A DNA stretch of 64,000 nucleotides, from contig JABHAT010000016.1 of NCBI GenBank assembly GCA_018674175.1, forward strand, positions 131,440 to 195,439. The letters run 5' to 3'. The translations under genes and the position numbers were made by a program. Below are positions 32,205 through 43,121 of this stretch, in pieces; position 1 is the first letter of the stretch, and each line of letters begins with the position of its first letter. The notes beneath the pieces were generated by a model, which was not told the origin of the DNA, made no database searches, and was given only the letters and a program-made list of their open reading frames with translations. Source of the stretch: Gammaproteobacteria bacterium (GTDB taxonomy: Bacteria > Pseudomonadota > Gammaproteobacteria > Poriferisulfidales > GCA-002705445).

Positions 32205-35200
32205 TTACGCAAGTTTAAAAATATCTTGCAACTTATATACTTCTAGATTTTTAGAATAAGAAACTGCACCTGCTAGTGCGTTTGCAGCCGCGATGGTAGT
32301 TGTATAACAAACTTTGTACTGCAAAGCTTCTCTTCTTATTAAGTATGAATCTTTTATTGCCTGCTTTGTTTGCGTTGTATTTATAATTAAATCAATCTCA
32401 TTATTTTTAATCATATCCACTATATGAGTGCGACCTTCTCTAACTTTATTAACTCTCTTGCAATCAATTTTATTTTCACTTAAGAATTCCTGTGTGCCAT
32501 CAGTTGCAACTAATTTAAACCCTAATTTTAAAAGTTTTTTAGCTACTTCTAAAACATATTTCTTATCTTCGTTTTTAACACTTATAAAAGCAGTACCTTT
32601 TTGAGGAATTTTAACATTTGTAGCAATTTGCGATTTAGCAAAAGCTTCTTCAAAGTTTTTACCTATACCCATAACCTCTCCTGTAGATTTCATTTCAGGC
32701 CCTAATATAGGATCTACACCAGGAAATTTTAAAAAAGGAAATACCACTTCTTTAACGTAATAAAATTTGTGCTTTATAACTTTAGGTAATTTTTGTTTTT
32801 TGATGCTTACACCAAGCATACATTTCGCAGCAATTTTCGCTACAGATATTCCTATAGATTTAGACACAAATGGTATTGTTCTTGATGCTCTAGGATTAAC
32901 TTCAATAACGTATATTTTTTTATCTTTTATGGCAAACTGAACATTCATCAATCCTTTTACATCTAATTTATTTGCCATTTTTATTGTATTCTTTTTTATC
33001 AATTCTATTTGCGATTTATTTATAGAATAAGTGGGTATTGAGCAAGCAGAATCACCTGAATGGACTCCAGCTTCTTCTATATGCTGCATAATCCCAGCTA
33101 TAAAAACTTCCCCATCAAGATCTCTAACTGCATCAACATCTATTTCTACCGCTTCGTTTAAAAACTTATCTATTAATACTGGTGCGTCATTTGAAACTCT
33201 TACCGCTTCAGTAATATATTTTTTAAGCTCTTGAGAGTCATAAATAACTTCCATAGCTCTCCCACCCAAGACGTATGAAGGTCTCACTATAATTGGATAG
33301 CCAATTTTTTCTGCTTCTTTAAGAGCTTGTGTTTTATTTCTAGCTGTACTATTTGCAGGCTGAAGAACATCAATATCTTTTAGGATATCCTTAAATTTCT
33401 CTCTATCTTCTGCTGCATCTATAGATTTAGATGAAGTCCCTATTATTGGCACCCCAAACTTAGACAGGTCATTAACTAATTTTAAAGGTGTTTGACCGCC
33501 ATACTGAACTATTACCCCATCTGGCTTTTCTATATCAACAATATTCAATACGCTTTCTAATGTTATTGGCTCAAAGTATAGTCTGTCTGAAGTATCGTAA
33601 TCTGTAGAAACAGTTTCTGGATTACAATTAATCATAATTGTTTCGTAACCTAATTCTTGAGCTGCCTTTGAAGCATGAACGCAACAATAATCAAATTCAA
33701 TTCCCTGCCCAATTCTATTTGGGCCACTTCCAATGACAATAATTTTTTTATTATTAGTTGGCATGGATTCACAAAATTTTTCATACGTAGAATATAAATA
33801 AGGAGTTGTTGCTGGGAACTCAGCTGCACACGTGTCGACTCTTTTATAAACTGGCCTGATATTATTTTTTTCTCTTTTTTTTCTAACAACGTATTGAGTA
33901 GTTTTCATAAGCTCTGATATCTTAATATCAGAAAAACCTTTTTTCTTGTAAGAAAGAAGATCTTCTACAGAAACATCTTTTATTTTTTTTAGTGAAATTT
34001 CTTTTTCTATTTCAACTAGGTGTAATATTTGCTCTAAAAACCACGGATCAATACTAGATATTTTTTGCACTTGATCAACAGTGTAATTTTTTCTAAAAGC
34101 TTCTGCGACATAAAGAATTCTACTTGGCCCGGGCTCCTTTAGCTCATACTCAAATTTAAAATTATCTATATCTTTAAATTCCTTAATTTTATCTAGACCA
34201 TTAATATCTAACTCTAAGCTTGATAATGCTTTTTGCAATGATTCTTGAAAATTTCTTCCGATTGACATTACCTCTCCTACGGATTTCATTTGCGTTGTCA
34301 ATCTATCACTAGCTTTTGGAAATTTTTCAAATGCAAATCTTGGTATCTTAGTAACAACGTAATCAATGGTTGGTTCGAATGAGGCTGGTGTTGCTCCTCC
34401 TGTTATTTCATTTTTCAATTCGTCTAACGAGTAACCTACAGCAAGCTTTGCCGCTATTTTTGCTATTGGGAATCCTGTTGCTTTTGATGCTAAAGCTGAA
34501 GACCTTGAAACCCTTGGGTTCATTTCTATAACTACTAACTTTCCATTTTTTGGATTAACTGCAAATTGTACGTTTGAGCCACCAGTGTCTACGCCGATTT
34601 TTCTAAGAATGGCTATAGAAGCATCTCTCATAATCTGATACTCCTTGTCTGTTAAAGTTTGGGCAGGGGCTACAGTTATTGAGTCCCCGGTATGGACTCC
34701 CATCGGATCAAAGTTTTCTATAGAACAGATAATTATACAGTTATCATTAAAATCTCTAACTACTTCCATTTCGTATTCTTTCCAACCAAGTAAAGATTCT
34801 TCTAATAAAATTTCTGTTGTAGGAGAAATATCTAAACCTCTTTTTGATATTTCAATAAATTCTTCCATATTGTAAGCAATACCACCACCACTTCCGCCGA
34901 GTGTAAAAGATGGCCTTAAAATTACTGGAAAGCCAATTTTTTTTTGCTTATCTATTGCATCATCCAAATCTCCAACTATAAATGATCTGGCTGTATCTAA
35001 ATTAATTTCTTTCATAGCTTCTTTAAACTGCGCTCTATCTTCTGCCAAATCTATTGCTTTTTTTGAAGCACCAATCATTTCAATTTTATATTTTTTTAAA
35101 ATTCCAAGTCTGTCTAAATCTAAAGCACAGTTTAATGCAGTTTGCCCACCCATTGTTGGTAAAATTGCATCAGGCTTTTCTTTCTTAATTATTTTTTCTA

Positions 35201-35420
35201 CCACAGTGTAATTTATGGGCTCTATATAAGTAGCATCAGCCATCTCAGGGTCTGTCATTATTGTTGCTACATTTGAATTCACTAAAACAACAGAATAACC
35301 TTCTTCCTTTAAAGCCTTGCAAGCCTGTACACCAGAATAATCAAATTCACATGCTTGACCAATTACGATTGGCCCTGCACCTAAGATTAGTATTTTTTTA
35401 ATGTCATTTCTTTTTGGCAT
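32205..35420 (-). CDS. carB: carbamoyl-phosphate synthase large subunit
   Basis: 1071 aa with duplicated ATP-grasp halves and a C-terminal MGS-like domain. Confidence 0.95.
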   Translation of the reverse strand: MPKRNDIKKILILGAGPIVIGQACEFDYSGVQACKALKEEGYSVVLVNSNVATIMTDPEMADATYIEPINYTVVEKIIKKEKPDAILPTMGGQTALNCALDLDRLGILKKYKIEMIGASKKAIDLAEDRAQFKEAMKEINLDTARSFIVGDLDDAIDKQKKIGFPVILRPSFTLGGSGGGIAYNMEEFIEISKRGLDISPTTEILLEESLLGWKEYEMEVVRDFNDNCIIICSIENFDPMGVHTGDSITVAPAQTLTDKEYQIMRDASIAILRKIGVDTGGSNVQFAVNPKNGKLVVIEMNPRVSRSSALASKATGFPIAKIAAKLAVGYSLDELKNEITGGATPASFEPTIDYVVTKIPRFAFEKFPKASDRLTTQMKSVGEVMSIGRNFQESLQKALSSLELDINGLDKIKEFKDIDNFKFEYELKEPGPSRILYVAEAFRKNYTVDQVQKISSIDPWFLEQILHLVEIEKEISLKKIKDVSVEDLLSYKKKGFSDIKISELMKTTQYVVRKKREKNNIRPVYKRVDTCAAEFPATTPYLYSTYEKFCESMPTNNKKIIVIGSGPNRIGQGIEFDYCCVHASKAAQELGYETIMINCNPETVSTDYDTSDRLYFEPITLESVLNIVDIEKPDGVIVQYGGQTPLKLVNDLSKFGVPIIGTSSKSIDAAEDREKFKDILKDIDVLQPANSTARNKTQALKEAEKIGYPIIVRPSYVLGGRAMEVIYDSQELKKYITEAVRVSNDAPVLIDKFLNEAVEIDVDAVRDLDGEVFIAGIMQHIEEAGVHSGDSACSIPTYSINKSQIELIKKNTIKMANKLDVKGLMNVQFAIKDKKIYVIEVNPRASRTIPFVSKSIGISVAKIAAKCMLGVSIKKQKLPKVIKHKFYYVKEVVFPFLKFPGVDPILGPEMKSTGEVMGIGKNFEEAFAKSQIATNVKIPQKGTAFISVKNEDKKYVLEVAKKLLKLGFKLVATDGTQEFLSENKIDCKRVNKVREGRTHIVDMIKNNEIDLIINTTQTKQAIKDSYLIRREALQYKVCYTTTIAAANALAGAVSYSKNLEVYKLQDIFKLA

Positions 35421-36537
35421 TTATATTCTTCTTCATTAAATTAACAAAATTTTTAAACAGATGATTTACGTCATGTGGTCCGGGGCAAGCTTCTGGATGA
35501 CCTTGAAAACTAAATATTGGGAACTTTTTATGTTTAATACCTTGTATTGTATTATCAAAAAGCGATCTGTGAGTTACATGAAAAGATTTTGGAAGAGAAT
35601 CTTCATCTATAACAAAACCATGGTTCTGACTTGTTATCATCACCTTACCAGTTTTTAAGTCTATTACAGGATGATTTGCACCATGGTGTCCATATTTCAT
35701 TTTTTTTGTTTTTGCTCCACTTGCTAAAGATATCAATTGGTGGCCTAGACAAATTCCAAATATAGGCACGTTATAATTAAAAAGTTTTTTTATTGCTTGT
35801 ATGGCAAATTCACACGGCTCTGGGTCTCCTGGACCATTCGATAAAAATATTCCATCTGGTTTTAAATCTAGTATTTCTTCAGCTGTTGTTTTAGCCGGAA
35901 CAACCTCAACAGTACAACCCATAGAATTCAATATACGCAGTATATTTTTCTTTACACCAAAATCGTACGCAATAACTTTTAGCTTTTTATTAGCGATAGA
36001 TTTATCCTCTTTGTACTCAAAAATATTTTCTTTGAAAGGATATTTCTTTTTCACAGATACTTTTGAAGCAAGCTCAGCACCAATAATTCCTGAATAGCTT
36101 TTTAATTCTTTTTTAGCTTTATTAATTCCTTTTTCGCTGTGGATTATACAGGCGCTCATTGCTCCTTTATTTCTTATAATTGACGCTATATGTCTTGTAT
36201 CTAAATCTGCTATGCATACAATTTTATTGTGCTTAAGATAGTCAATAAAGTCCGAGGATGATCTCCAGTTTGATGCCTTAGTAGGCACCTCACTTAAAAC
36301 TAAACCGCTTACATAAGATGTATTGGATTCCTGATCTTCATTATTTATTCCTACATTGCCAATATGAGGATAAGTAAATGTAATTATTTGATTTTTATAT
36401 GATGGGTCAGATACAACTTCTTGATATCCAGTCATTGCAGTATTAAAAACTATTTCACCATAAGAGTCTGCTTTATAACCAACTGACTTACCGTAAAAAA
36501 TTTCTTCATTTTCTAAAATTAAAATTGCTTGTTGCAA
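35404..36537 (-). CDS. carA: carbamoyl-phosphate synthase small subunit (glutaminase)
   Basis: 377 aa with the class-I GATase triad region (GICLGHQL, ...HGFV...) and overlap with the carB start. Confidence 0.95.
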   Translation of the reverse strand: MQQAILILENEEIFYGKSVGYKADSYGEIVFNTAMTGYQEVVSDPSYKNQIITFTYPHIGNVGINNEDQESNTSYVSGLVLSEVPTKASNWRSSSDFIDYLKHNKIVCIADLDTRHIASIIRNKGAMSACIIHSEKGINKAKKELKSYSGIIGAELASKVSVKKKYPFKENIFEYKEDKSIANKKLKVIAYDFGVKKNILRILNSMGCTVEVVPAKTTAEEILDLKPDGIFLSNGPGDPEPCEFAIQAIKKLFNYNVPIFGICLGHQLISLASGAKTKKMKYGHHGANHPVIDLKTGKVMITSQNHGFVIDEDSLPKSFHVTHRSLFDNTIQGIKHKKFPIFSFQGHPEACPGPHDVNHLFKNFVNLMKKNINAKKK

Positions 36538-36577
36538 AAGTACTTCCTATAAATTATTTAATTAAATTAACACGATT

Positions 36578-37312
36578 TTATAATGAAAGCGCGTCACTCA
36601 TTGTATACAAACCTTTGTCTTTAATAGAAATCCATTTCAATGCTAGAATTGCACCTTCAGCAAAAATTTTTCTATCAAAACTTTTATGATTTATTTCTAT
36701 AGATTCATTTTCTAATGTAAATTTAACCATATGATCACCCACAACATTGCCAACCCTTAAACAATGATGCTTAATATCTTTTTCCATTGATAAATTATCT
36801 TTAATTACACTTTCGAAAGCTAGTGAGGTGCCTGAAGGCATATCAACTTTATGTTTATGATGATGTTCAATTATATCGATATCAGAGTTATCACCAATTG
36901 ATAAGGATATCTTTTCAACCAACTTTAAGCATAAATTTATTCCTATGCTCATATTAGAGGCCTTAAGAATTGCTATTTCTTTACTGGCTAACTCTATTTT
37001 TTTAATTTGTGCTTCTGAAAAACCTGTTGTTCCTATGACTAGTTTTTTATTATGTTTGACACAAGCTTCAATTATTTGCATTGTATTTTCTGGTCTAGTG
37101 AAATCAACACAAACATCACAATTTGATAAAGCATGATTTATATCTGAAGTGATTATTTTTTTATCTATATTAGAAAGACTATTATTTTCTTCATTATGAT
37201 TTCTCATAATAGCAGATGACAATCTCATATTAGATTTTTCTAATAAGACTAGTTTAGCTATCTCCATGCCCATTTTTCCAGAAATTCCAGGTATGCAAAC
37301 GTTTATAGACAT
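36578..37312 (-). CDS. dapB: 4-hydroxy-tetrahydrodipicolinate reductase
   Basis: N-terminal GxxGxxG and ...VDFTRPE...VIGTTGF...IEHHHKHKVDMPSGT motifs. dapB-carAB synteny as in E. coli. Confidence 0.85.
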   Translation of the reverse strand: MSINVCIPGISGKMGMEIAKLVLLEKSNMRLSSAIMRNHNEENNSLSNIDKKIITSDINHALSNCDVCVDFTRPENTMQIIEACVKHNKKLVIGTTGFSEAQIKKIELASKEIAILKASNMSIGINLCLKLVEKISLSIGDNSDIDIIEHHHKHKVDMPSGTSLAFESVIKDNLSMEKDIKHHCLRVGNVVGDHMVKFTLENESIEINHKSFDRKIFAEGAILALKWISIKDKGLYTMSDALSL

Positions 37313-37382
37313 TATTAAATATAGTGATTTTTAAAATTACATTATATTAACATAGAGTTTGGTTTGGGCTAAAAGAAAATTT

Positions 37383-38495
37383 CTATTTAAAAAATTTTTT
37401 TAATCCATCAACCCAAGATTCTGACTTTGGACTGTGCTTTTTCTTACTTTTTTTTAATTTATCATCAAATTGCATTAAAATATCTTTCTGTTCGGCAGAT
37501 AAATTTACTGGAGTTTCAATTTGAACAGAGCACATAAGATCACCAATATTTCCGCCTCTAACTGATTTTACTCCCTTGCCCTTTAATCTAAAATATTTAC
37601 CTGTTTGTGTTCCAGGGGGGATTTCAATAGATACTTTATTGCTGTTAAGTGTTGGTATCTCAACCTCAGACCCTAATGCCGCTTCAGCAAAAGACAAAGG
37701 TACTTCGCAATATAAATTAGTACCATCTCTTTTAAATATATTATGTTTCAACAAACTAACTCTTATAAATAAATCACCTGATGGGCCTTGATTAATTCCT
37801 GCTTCGCCTTTTCCAGCTAATCTAACCCTATCACCAGTATCTACACCAGCAGGTACTGAAACTGAAATTTCTTTATCGGTATCTACCGCTCCATTTCCAT
37901 AACATTTAGAACAAGGATTTGATATTACTGTTCCTTTCCCAGAGCATGTTGGACAAGTTTGCTGGATGGTAAAAAAACCTTGTTGAGCTCTAACTTGCCC
38001 TACACCATTACAAGTAGAACATGAAACTGGTTTTGATCCAGGTTTTGCGCCAGACCCATTACATAAATCACAGGTATCTTTGGTTCTTATTTTTATTAAT
38101 TTCTCTTTACCAAATGCAGCTTCTTCCAAGGTAAGTTTTAATTCGTACTCTAAATCTGCACCCTTATATCTTTGAGAAGAACCTCGCGATTGATTACCAC
38201 TAAAAATATCTCCAAAAATATCTTCAAAAACATCTCCAAAACCGGAGGTGTTGAATCCACCTGCTGGACCTCCACCGCCTCCAAAATCAGTAGTTCCGTA
38301 TTGGTCGTACATTGATTTCTTTTGAGGGTTAGATAGAACATCATAGGCCTCTTTAGCTTCTTTAAATTTTGCTTTTGCAGATTTATCATCACCTGTTCTA
38401 TCAGGATGATATTTCATAGCTTTTTTCTTAAAAGCTTTTTTTACTTCAGCATCAGAAGCGCCTTTAGTAAGGCCTAAAGTTTCATAGTAATCCAT
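37383..38495 (-). CDS. dnaJ: molecular chaperone DnaJ
   Basis: J-domain (KYHPDR), G/F-rich region and four CxxCxGxG zinc-finger repeats. Confidence 0.95.
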   Translation of the reverse strand: MDYYETLGLTKGASDAEVKKAFKKKAMKYHPDRTGDDKSAKAKFKEAKEAYDVLSNPQKKSMYDQYGTTDFGGGGGPAGGFNTSGFGDVFEDIFGDIFSGNQSRGSSQRYKGADLEYELKLTLEEAAFGKEKLIKIRTKDTCDLCNGSGAKPGSKPVSCSTCNGVGQVRAQQGFFTIQQTCPTCSGKGTVISNPCSKCYGNGAVDTDKEISVSVPAGVDTGDRVRLAGKGEAGINQGPSGDLFIRVSLLKHNIFKRDGTNLYCEVPLSFAEAALGSEVEIPTLNSNKVSIEIPPGTQTGKYFRLKGKGVKSVRGGNIGDLMCSVQIETPVNLSAEQKDILMQFDDKLKKSKKKHSPKSESWVDGLKKFFK

Positions 38496-38515
38496 ATCTA
38501 CTCAATTATTATTTA

Positions 38516-40444
38516 TTATTTTTTATCGTCATTAACTTCTTTGAAATCTGCATCAACAACGTCTGACTCTTTCGCTTCTTGCTCACTATTTTCTGAATCA
38601 CCAGTAGCAGGGTCTTCGCTTTTTTTAGCTTGCTCAGCATACATCATTTCAGCCATTTTTGCCGAAGCCTCCGAAAGCTCTTTTAAGCAATTCTCAATAG
38701 CGTCTTTATCATCTGTTTTTAGAGCCTCAACTAATGCTTCATTTTTTTCTTTAATATTTTTTTGATCTTCTTCTGTAACTTTTTCACCAAGCTCTTCTAA
38801 AGATTTTTTTGTTGCATGAACTAATGCATCACCTTGATTTTTCAAAGACACCAATTCTTGGAATTTCTTATCTTCGTCAGCATGAAGTTCTGCATCTTTA
38901 ACCATTTTTTCTATTTCCTCATCTGACAAACCACTTGATGACTTAATGATAATTGACTGCTCTTTATTAGTTGCCTTATCTTTTGCAGACACATTTAAAA
39001 TACCACTTGCATCAATATCAAATGTTACTTCAATTTGTGGGATACCTCTTGCTGCTGGAGGTATGTCTGATAAATTAAATTGTCCCAAAGATTTATTACC
39101 TGAAGCCATATCTCTTTCTCCCTGAAGTACATGAACTGTAACTGCAGTTTGATTGTCTTCAGCTGTAGAGAATGTTTGGTTTTGCGTTGTAGGAATTGTA
39201 GAGTTTTTATCGATAAGCTTTGTCATAACCCCACCCATTGTCTCTATACCTAAGGATAACGGGGTAACATCTAACAATAATACATCTGTAACGTCTCCAG
39301 CTAAAACACCACCTTGAATTGCAGCACCTGCTGCTACAGCCTCATCTGGATTAACATCTTTTCTGGGCTCTTTACCAAAATATTCTTTTACAGTCCTTTG
39401 AACCAAAGGCATTCTTGTTTGCCCACCAACTAGAATCACGTCGTCAATATCACTTTTTGATAACTTGGCGTCTTTTAAAGCTATTTCACACGGAGTTATC
39501 GTTCTCTTTACTAAGTCTTCAACCATTGATTCAAATAATGCTCTAGTTATTTTCATAGTTAAATGCTTGGGGCCACTCGCATCAGCAGTTATGTAAGGAA
39601 TATTTATATCTGCTTGCTGACCATTTGATAACTCAATTTTTGCTTTTTCTGCCGCATCTTTAAGTCTTTGAAGAGCTAAAGGATCTGATCTTAAATCAAA
39701 GTTTTGTTCTTTTTTAAATTCACTAACAATATGGTCTATTAATTTTGTATCAAAATCTTCACCACCAAGTTGCGTATCACCATTAGTAGATAAAACTTCT
39801 ATTTGATTTTCTCCATCTATATCAGATATATCAATTATAGAAACATCAAATGTTCCGCCACCTAGGTCGTATACAGCAATTTTTTTATCGCCTTTCTTTT
39901 GATCTAATCCATATGCTACGGCCGCTGCTGTTGGCTCATTAATAATTCTTTGAACATTTAATCCTGCGATTTTTCCAGCATCTTTTGTTGCTTGCCTTTG
40001 AGAATCATTAAAATATGCAGGGACTGTGATAACTGCATCAGTTACTTCTGCACCTAAATATTCTTCAGCAGTTTTTTTCATTTTAATTAAAACTTTTGCA
40101 GATATCTCAGGAAGAGCCATTTTTTTATCATCAATTTTAATCCATACGTCCCCATTATCTGCCTCAACAATATTGTAAGGAAGAATTGATTTATCTTTCT
40201 GGACCTCTTTATCAGAGTACTTTCTTCCAATAAACCTTTTAATAGCATATACAGTTTTTTCTGGGTTAGTTACCGATTGTCTTTTTGCTGATTGCCCAAC
40301 TAAAGTCTCGGAATCTGTAAAAGCAACTACAGAAGGTGTGGTTCTATCACCTTCACTATTTTCAATAATCTTCGGTCTATCGCCTTCCATTACAGAAACG
40401 CATGAATTTGTTGTGCCCAAGTCAATACCTATAATTTTTCCCAT
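38516..40444 (-). CDS. dnaK: molecular chaperone DnaK (Hsp70)
   Basis: [19 protein letters not shown] and [11 protein letters not shown] signatures in a 642 aa protein. Confidence 0.95.
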   Translation of the reverse strand: MGKIIGIDLGTTNSCVSVMEGDRPKIIENSEGDRTTPSVVAFTDSETLVGQSAKRQSVTNPEKTVYAIKRFIGRKYSDKEVQKDKSILPYNIVEADNGDVWIKIDDKKMALPEISAKVLIKMKKTAEEYLGAEVTDAVITVPAYFNDSQRQATKDAGKIAGLNVQRIINEPTAAAVAYGLDQKKGDKKIAVYDLGGGTFDVSIIDISDIDGENQIEVLSTNGDTQLGGEDFDTKLIDHIVSEFKKEQNFDLRSDPLALQRLKDAAEKAKIELSNGQQADINIPYITADASGPKHLTMKITRALFESMVEDLVKRTITPCEIALKDAKLSKSDIDDVILVGGQTRMPLVQRTVKEYFGKEPRKDVNPDEAVAAGAAIQGGVLAGDVTDVLLLDVTPLSLGIETMGGVMTKLIDKNSTIPTTQNQTFSTAEDNQTAVTVHVLQGERDMASGNKSLGQFNLSDIPPAARGIPQIEVTFDIDASGILNVSAKDKATNKEQSIIIKSSSGLSDEEIEKMVKDAELHADEDKKFQELVSLKNQGDALVHATKKSLEELGEKVTEEDQKNIKEKNEALVEALKTDDKDAIENCLKELSEASAKMAEMMYAEQAKKSEDPATGDSENSEQEAKESDVVDADFKEVNDDKK

Positions 40445-40485
40445 TTCAACCTCTTTTAATTAGTTAATATCATTAATGTTTTATA

Positions 40486-40514
40486 TATGTGGACTAAATT
40501 GAAGAATTCAAGGA
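40486..40514 (-). promoter_or_regulatory. sigma-32 (RpoH)-type heat-shock promoter for dnaK
   Basis: The minus strand reads cCTTGAAT-(14 nt)-CCACATAT, against the consensus CTTGAAA-N13-15-CCCCATNT. It sits about 45 nt upstream of the dnaK AGAGG SD and ATG, immediately after the grpE stop. Confidence 0.5.
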
Positions 40515-40515
40515 A

Positions 40516-41064
40516 TTATTTGTTTTTTTTAGAAACCACGACGAGTGCTGGCCTAAGTAATTTAGTTTTTAATTTATAACCTTTTTGCATTACTTCAAGA
40601 ACAGTATTTTCTGATTTTTCAGAATCTTTTGTTGTCATTGCCTGATGATATTCTGGGTCAAAATCTTCATCAATAGGATTTATTTCTTCAATATTAAGTT
40701 TTTCAAAAACTTCTTGTGTTGTTTTTAACAATAAATTATTTCCTTCAATAAAGCTCTCAATCTTCATATTGGGATCATTAGATAGTTTTTCAGCAGCCTC
40801 CAAGCTATCCATAATTACTAAGAGCTCCGAAGAAAGTTTTTCAGTAGAATAAAGTTGCGCTAATTGCATCTGCTTTATAGTTCTTTTTTGAAAATTATCT
40901 AGTTCAGCTCTAGATCTTAATAACAAGTCATTTAACTTTTTATTTTCTTCAATTAATTGTAATTCCTCATTTAAATCTTTTTCTTCTGTTTCCAGATCAC
41001 TTTCAACCAGAGCTTTTTCTTCTTCATTTGTAGATTCAGAGCTATTTTCATTTTCTTCTTTCAT
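40516..41064 (-). CDS. grpE: nucleotide exchange factor GrpE
   Basis: 182 aa with an acidic N-terminus, coiled-coil and the ...LKKGYKL... C-domain. Located between hrcA and dnaK. Confidence 0.9.
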   Translation of the reverse strand: MKEENENSSESTNEEEKALVESDLETEEKDLNEELQLIEENKKLNDLLLRSRAELDNFQKRTIKQMQLAQLYSTEKLSSELLVIMDSLEAAEKLSNDPNMKIESFIEGNNLLLKTTQEVFEKLNIEEINPIDEDFDPEYHQAMTTKDSEKSENTVLEVMQKGYKLKTKLLRPALVVVSKKNK

Positions 41065-41109
41065 TTGATTCCTATATATTGTTTTTATCGAATAAAAGTT
41101 ATATGTGGG

Positions 41110-42153
41110 TTAATCTGAGGATTTCAAGGCTTCGCTTAACAATTTAGCAGTTATATCAACGATTGGTATGACTCTGTCGTAAGCCATTCTTTTAGGTCCA
41201 ATAACTCCCAACACTCCAACCACATCATCGTCAAATTCGTATGGAGCACTAATTACGCTACAATCGTCTAAAACATTATATCCAGATTCAGCACCAATGA
41301 ATATTTTAACGCCATCAGAAGATATACTTTTATCAAGCAAATGTAAGATATTATTCTTTTCACTGAAGGCCTCAAATAAAGTTTTTAACTTTTCAATATC
41401 ATATAACTCTTTGCAGTTCATCAATCTTGTTTGTCCACTAACAAACAAATCATCATTTTCTTGCTCTTCATTTGTATCCAAAAAAAGTTTTTTACCAAAA
41501 GTGATTGCAGAAGACATAATGCTATTCATATCTTTTCTCATATCATCTAGCTCATTTAATAAAATCTTTCGAATATGATGTATTGATTGACCTGATATTA
41601 TTGTATTTAAGTAGTTTGATGCCTCTTGCAGCTCAGAAGATGAATAACTCTTCTCTAAATTAATAACTTTATTCTCAACATTATTATTTTTATTGATCAA
41701 TATAGCTAATATCTTATTATCACTAAGTTTCAAAAAGTCTATCTGCTTGAGCTCTGTATTTTGATGAGTTGGTAATGAAATTATTCCTGTTAATCCAGTT
41801 ATATTTGATAGAATTTCATTTGTATTCTTAACTATATTTTTTCTTTCGATACCCTGTGTTAAGTTTAACTTAAGCTTCTTGATTAATTGGCTATTAACTG
41901 GTTGAACTTTTATCATTTTATCTACAAACATTCTATAACCAAGTTCTGTTGGAACCCTTCCTGCAGACTTATGTGGAGAATATATATAGCCTAAATCTTC
42001 AAGATCTACAAAAACATTTCTAATAGTTGCTGAACTTATACCAATATCGGAAGCCTTTGAAAGTTTCGTTGAGCCAACCGGTTGGCCATCAGAAATAAAG
42101 CTTTCAACTAATGCTTTTAATAATAGCTCTTGCCTCGTATTTAAATTTTTCAT
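41110..42153 (-). CDS. hrcA: heat-inducible transcription repressor HrcA
   Basis: 347 aa with an N-terminal winged HTH (RQELLLKALVESFISDGQPVGSTKLSK) and the canonical position upstream of grpE-dnaK-dnaJ. Confidence 0.85.
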   Translation of the reverse strand: MKNLNTRQELLLKALVESFISDGQPVGSTKLSKASDIGISSATIRNVFVDLEDLGYIYSPHKSAGRVPTELGYRMFVDKMIKVQPVNSQLIKKLKLNLTQGIERKNIVKNTNEILSNITGLTGIISLPTHQNTELKQIDFLKLSDNKILAILINKNNNVENKVINLEKSYSSSELQEASNYLNTIISGQSIHHIRKILLNELDDMRKDMNSIMSSAITFGKKLFLDTNEEQENDDLFVSGQTRLMNCKELYDIEKLKTLFEAFSEKNNILHLLDKSISSDGVKIFIGAESGYNVLDDCSVISAPYEFDDDVVGVLGVIGPKRMAYDRVIPIVDITAKLLSEALKSSD

Positions 42154-42233
42154 AAAAAATTATAAGTTTTATTTGTAATAATATTATATTATGAAATATA
42201 TTATAATACTTAATACTATAATGTTATAAGTAT

Positions 42234-42260
42234 ATAGGGGGTTTAGTACCAATGTTTAAG
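42234..42260 (-). promoter_or_regulatory. possible sigma-32-like promoter for hrcA(-grpE)
   Basis: The minus strand reads CTTAAAC-(12-13 nt)-CCCCCTAT. The -35 element overlaps the divergent nadK start codon. Confidence 0.3.
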
Positions 42261-43115
42261 AATATCGCAATTATATCTAAAAATGACGACAATAGTGTCA
42301 AGGATAGTCTGGATACGGTTATAAGTTATTTAGATAGCAAGAAAATCAAGTATTTTCTAGACAATAATTCGAGTATTTTATTGAATAATAAATCTTCTAC
42401 AAATATAGATGAAATGAAAAGTAAATGCGATATCGCTTTTATTATAGGTGGTGATGGAACTTTATTAAGGTCTGCTCAATACTTATCAACAGCAAATATT
42501 CCAATATGTGGTATTAACCGAGGTAGGCTTGGATTTCTAGTAGACATATCTCCAGACCATATAGAAGAAAATCTAGAAAGCATACTTTCGGATAACTATT
42601 CTGTAGACGAGAGAATTTCACTTATTGGAACAGTTATCAGAAATGGTCAAGAAATTTCCAAGAATATATCATTCAACGATGTTGTAATTCATAGTAAAGA
42701 CGCTGTTAGAATGATTGAGATGGATACCATGCTGGATGGTAAAAAATTATATACTGTTAATGCAGATGGACTAGTAGTATCTACACCAACTGGATCAACT
42801 GCGTACTCTTTATCATGTGGTGGGCCAATATTACAACCATCAATGGAAGCCTTAGTAATGGTACCTATATGTCCTCATCTTTTAAGTAATAGACCAATAG
42901 TAATTGGTATGAATAGTGTAATAGAGATAAGGTTATCAGATAAATCTCATACAAATGCAAGCGTAACTTTTGATGGGCAAATAAATGTTCCAATAGAAGC
43001 AAACGACTTAATTAAAATCACTAAAGGCGAAGTAACTTTAAAGTTAATCCAGCCCCCTGGTATAAATTTCCTTTCTATATTGAGAGAAAAGCTAGGGTGG
43101 GGATTTAAACCGTAA
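42252..43115 (+). CDS. nadK: NAD(+) kinase
   Basis: GGDGTLL motif and NRGRLGFL in a 287 aa protein. Divergent from the grpE/hrcA cluster as in E. coli (nadK-recN). Confidence 0.9.
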   Translation: MFKNIAIISKNDDNSVKDSLDTVISYLDSKKIKYFLDNNSSILLNNKSSTNIDEMKSKCDIAFIIGGDGTLLRSAQYLSTANIPICGINRGRLGFLVDISPDHIEENLESILSDNYSVDERISLIGTVIRNGQEISKNISFNDVVIHSKDAVRMIEMDTMLDGKKLYTVNADGLVVSTPTGSTAYSLSCGGPILQPSMEALVMVPICPHLLSNRPIVIGMNSVIEIRLSDKSHTNASVTFDGQINVPIEANDLIKITKGEVTLKLIQPPGINFLSILREKLGWGFKP

Positions 43116-43121
43116 GAACTT

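Noticed and set aside
42154-42251. CIRCE (TTAGCACTC-N9-GAGTGCTAA) HrcA operator upstream of hrcA, grpE or dnaK
   Set aside because: No match found on either strand. Only AT-rich pseudo-palindromes that are expected by chance at this base composition.
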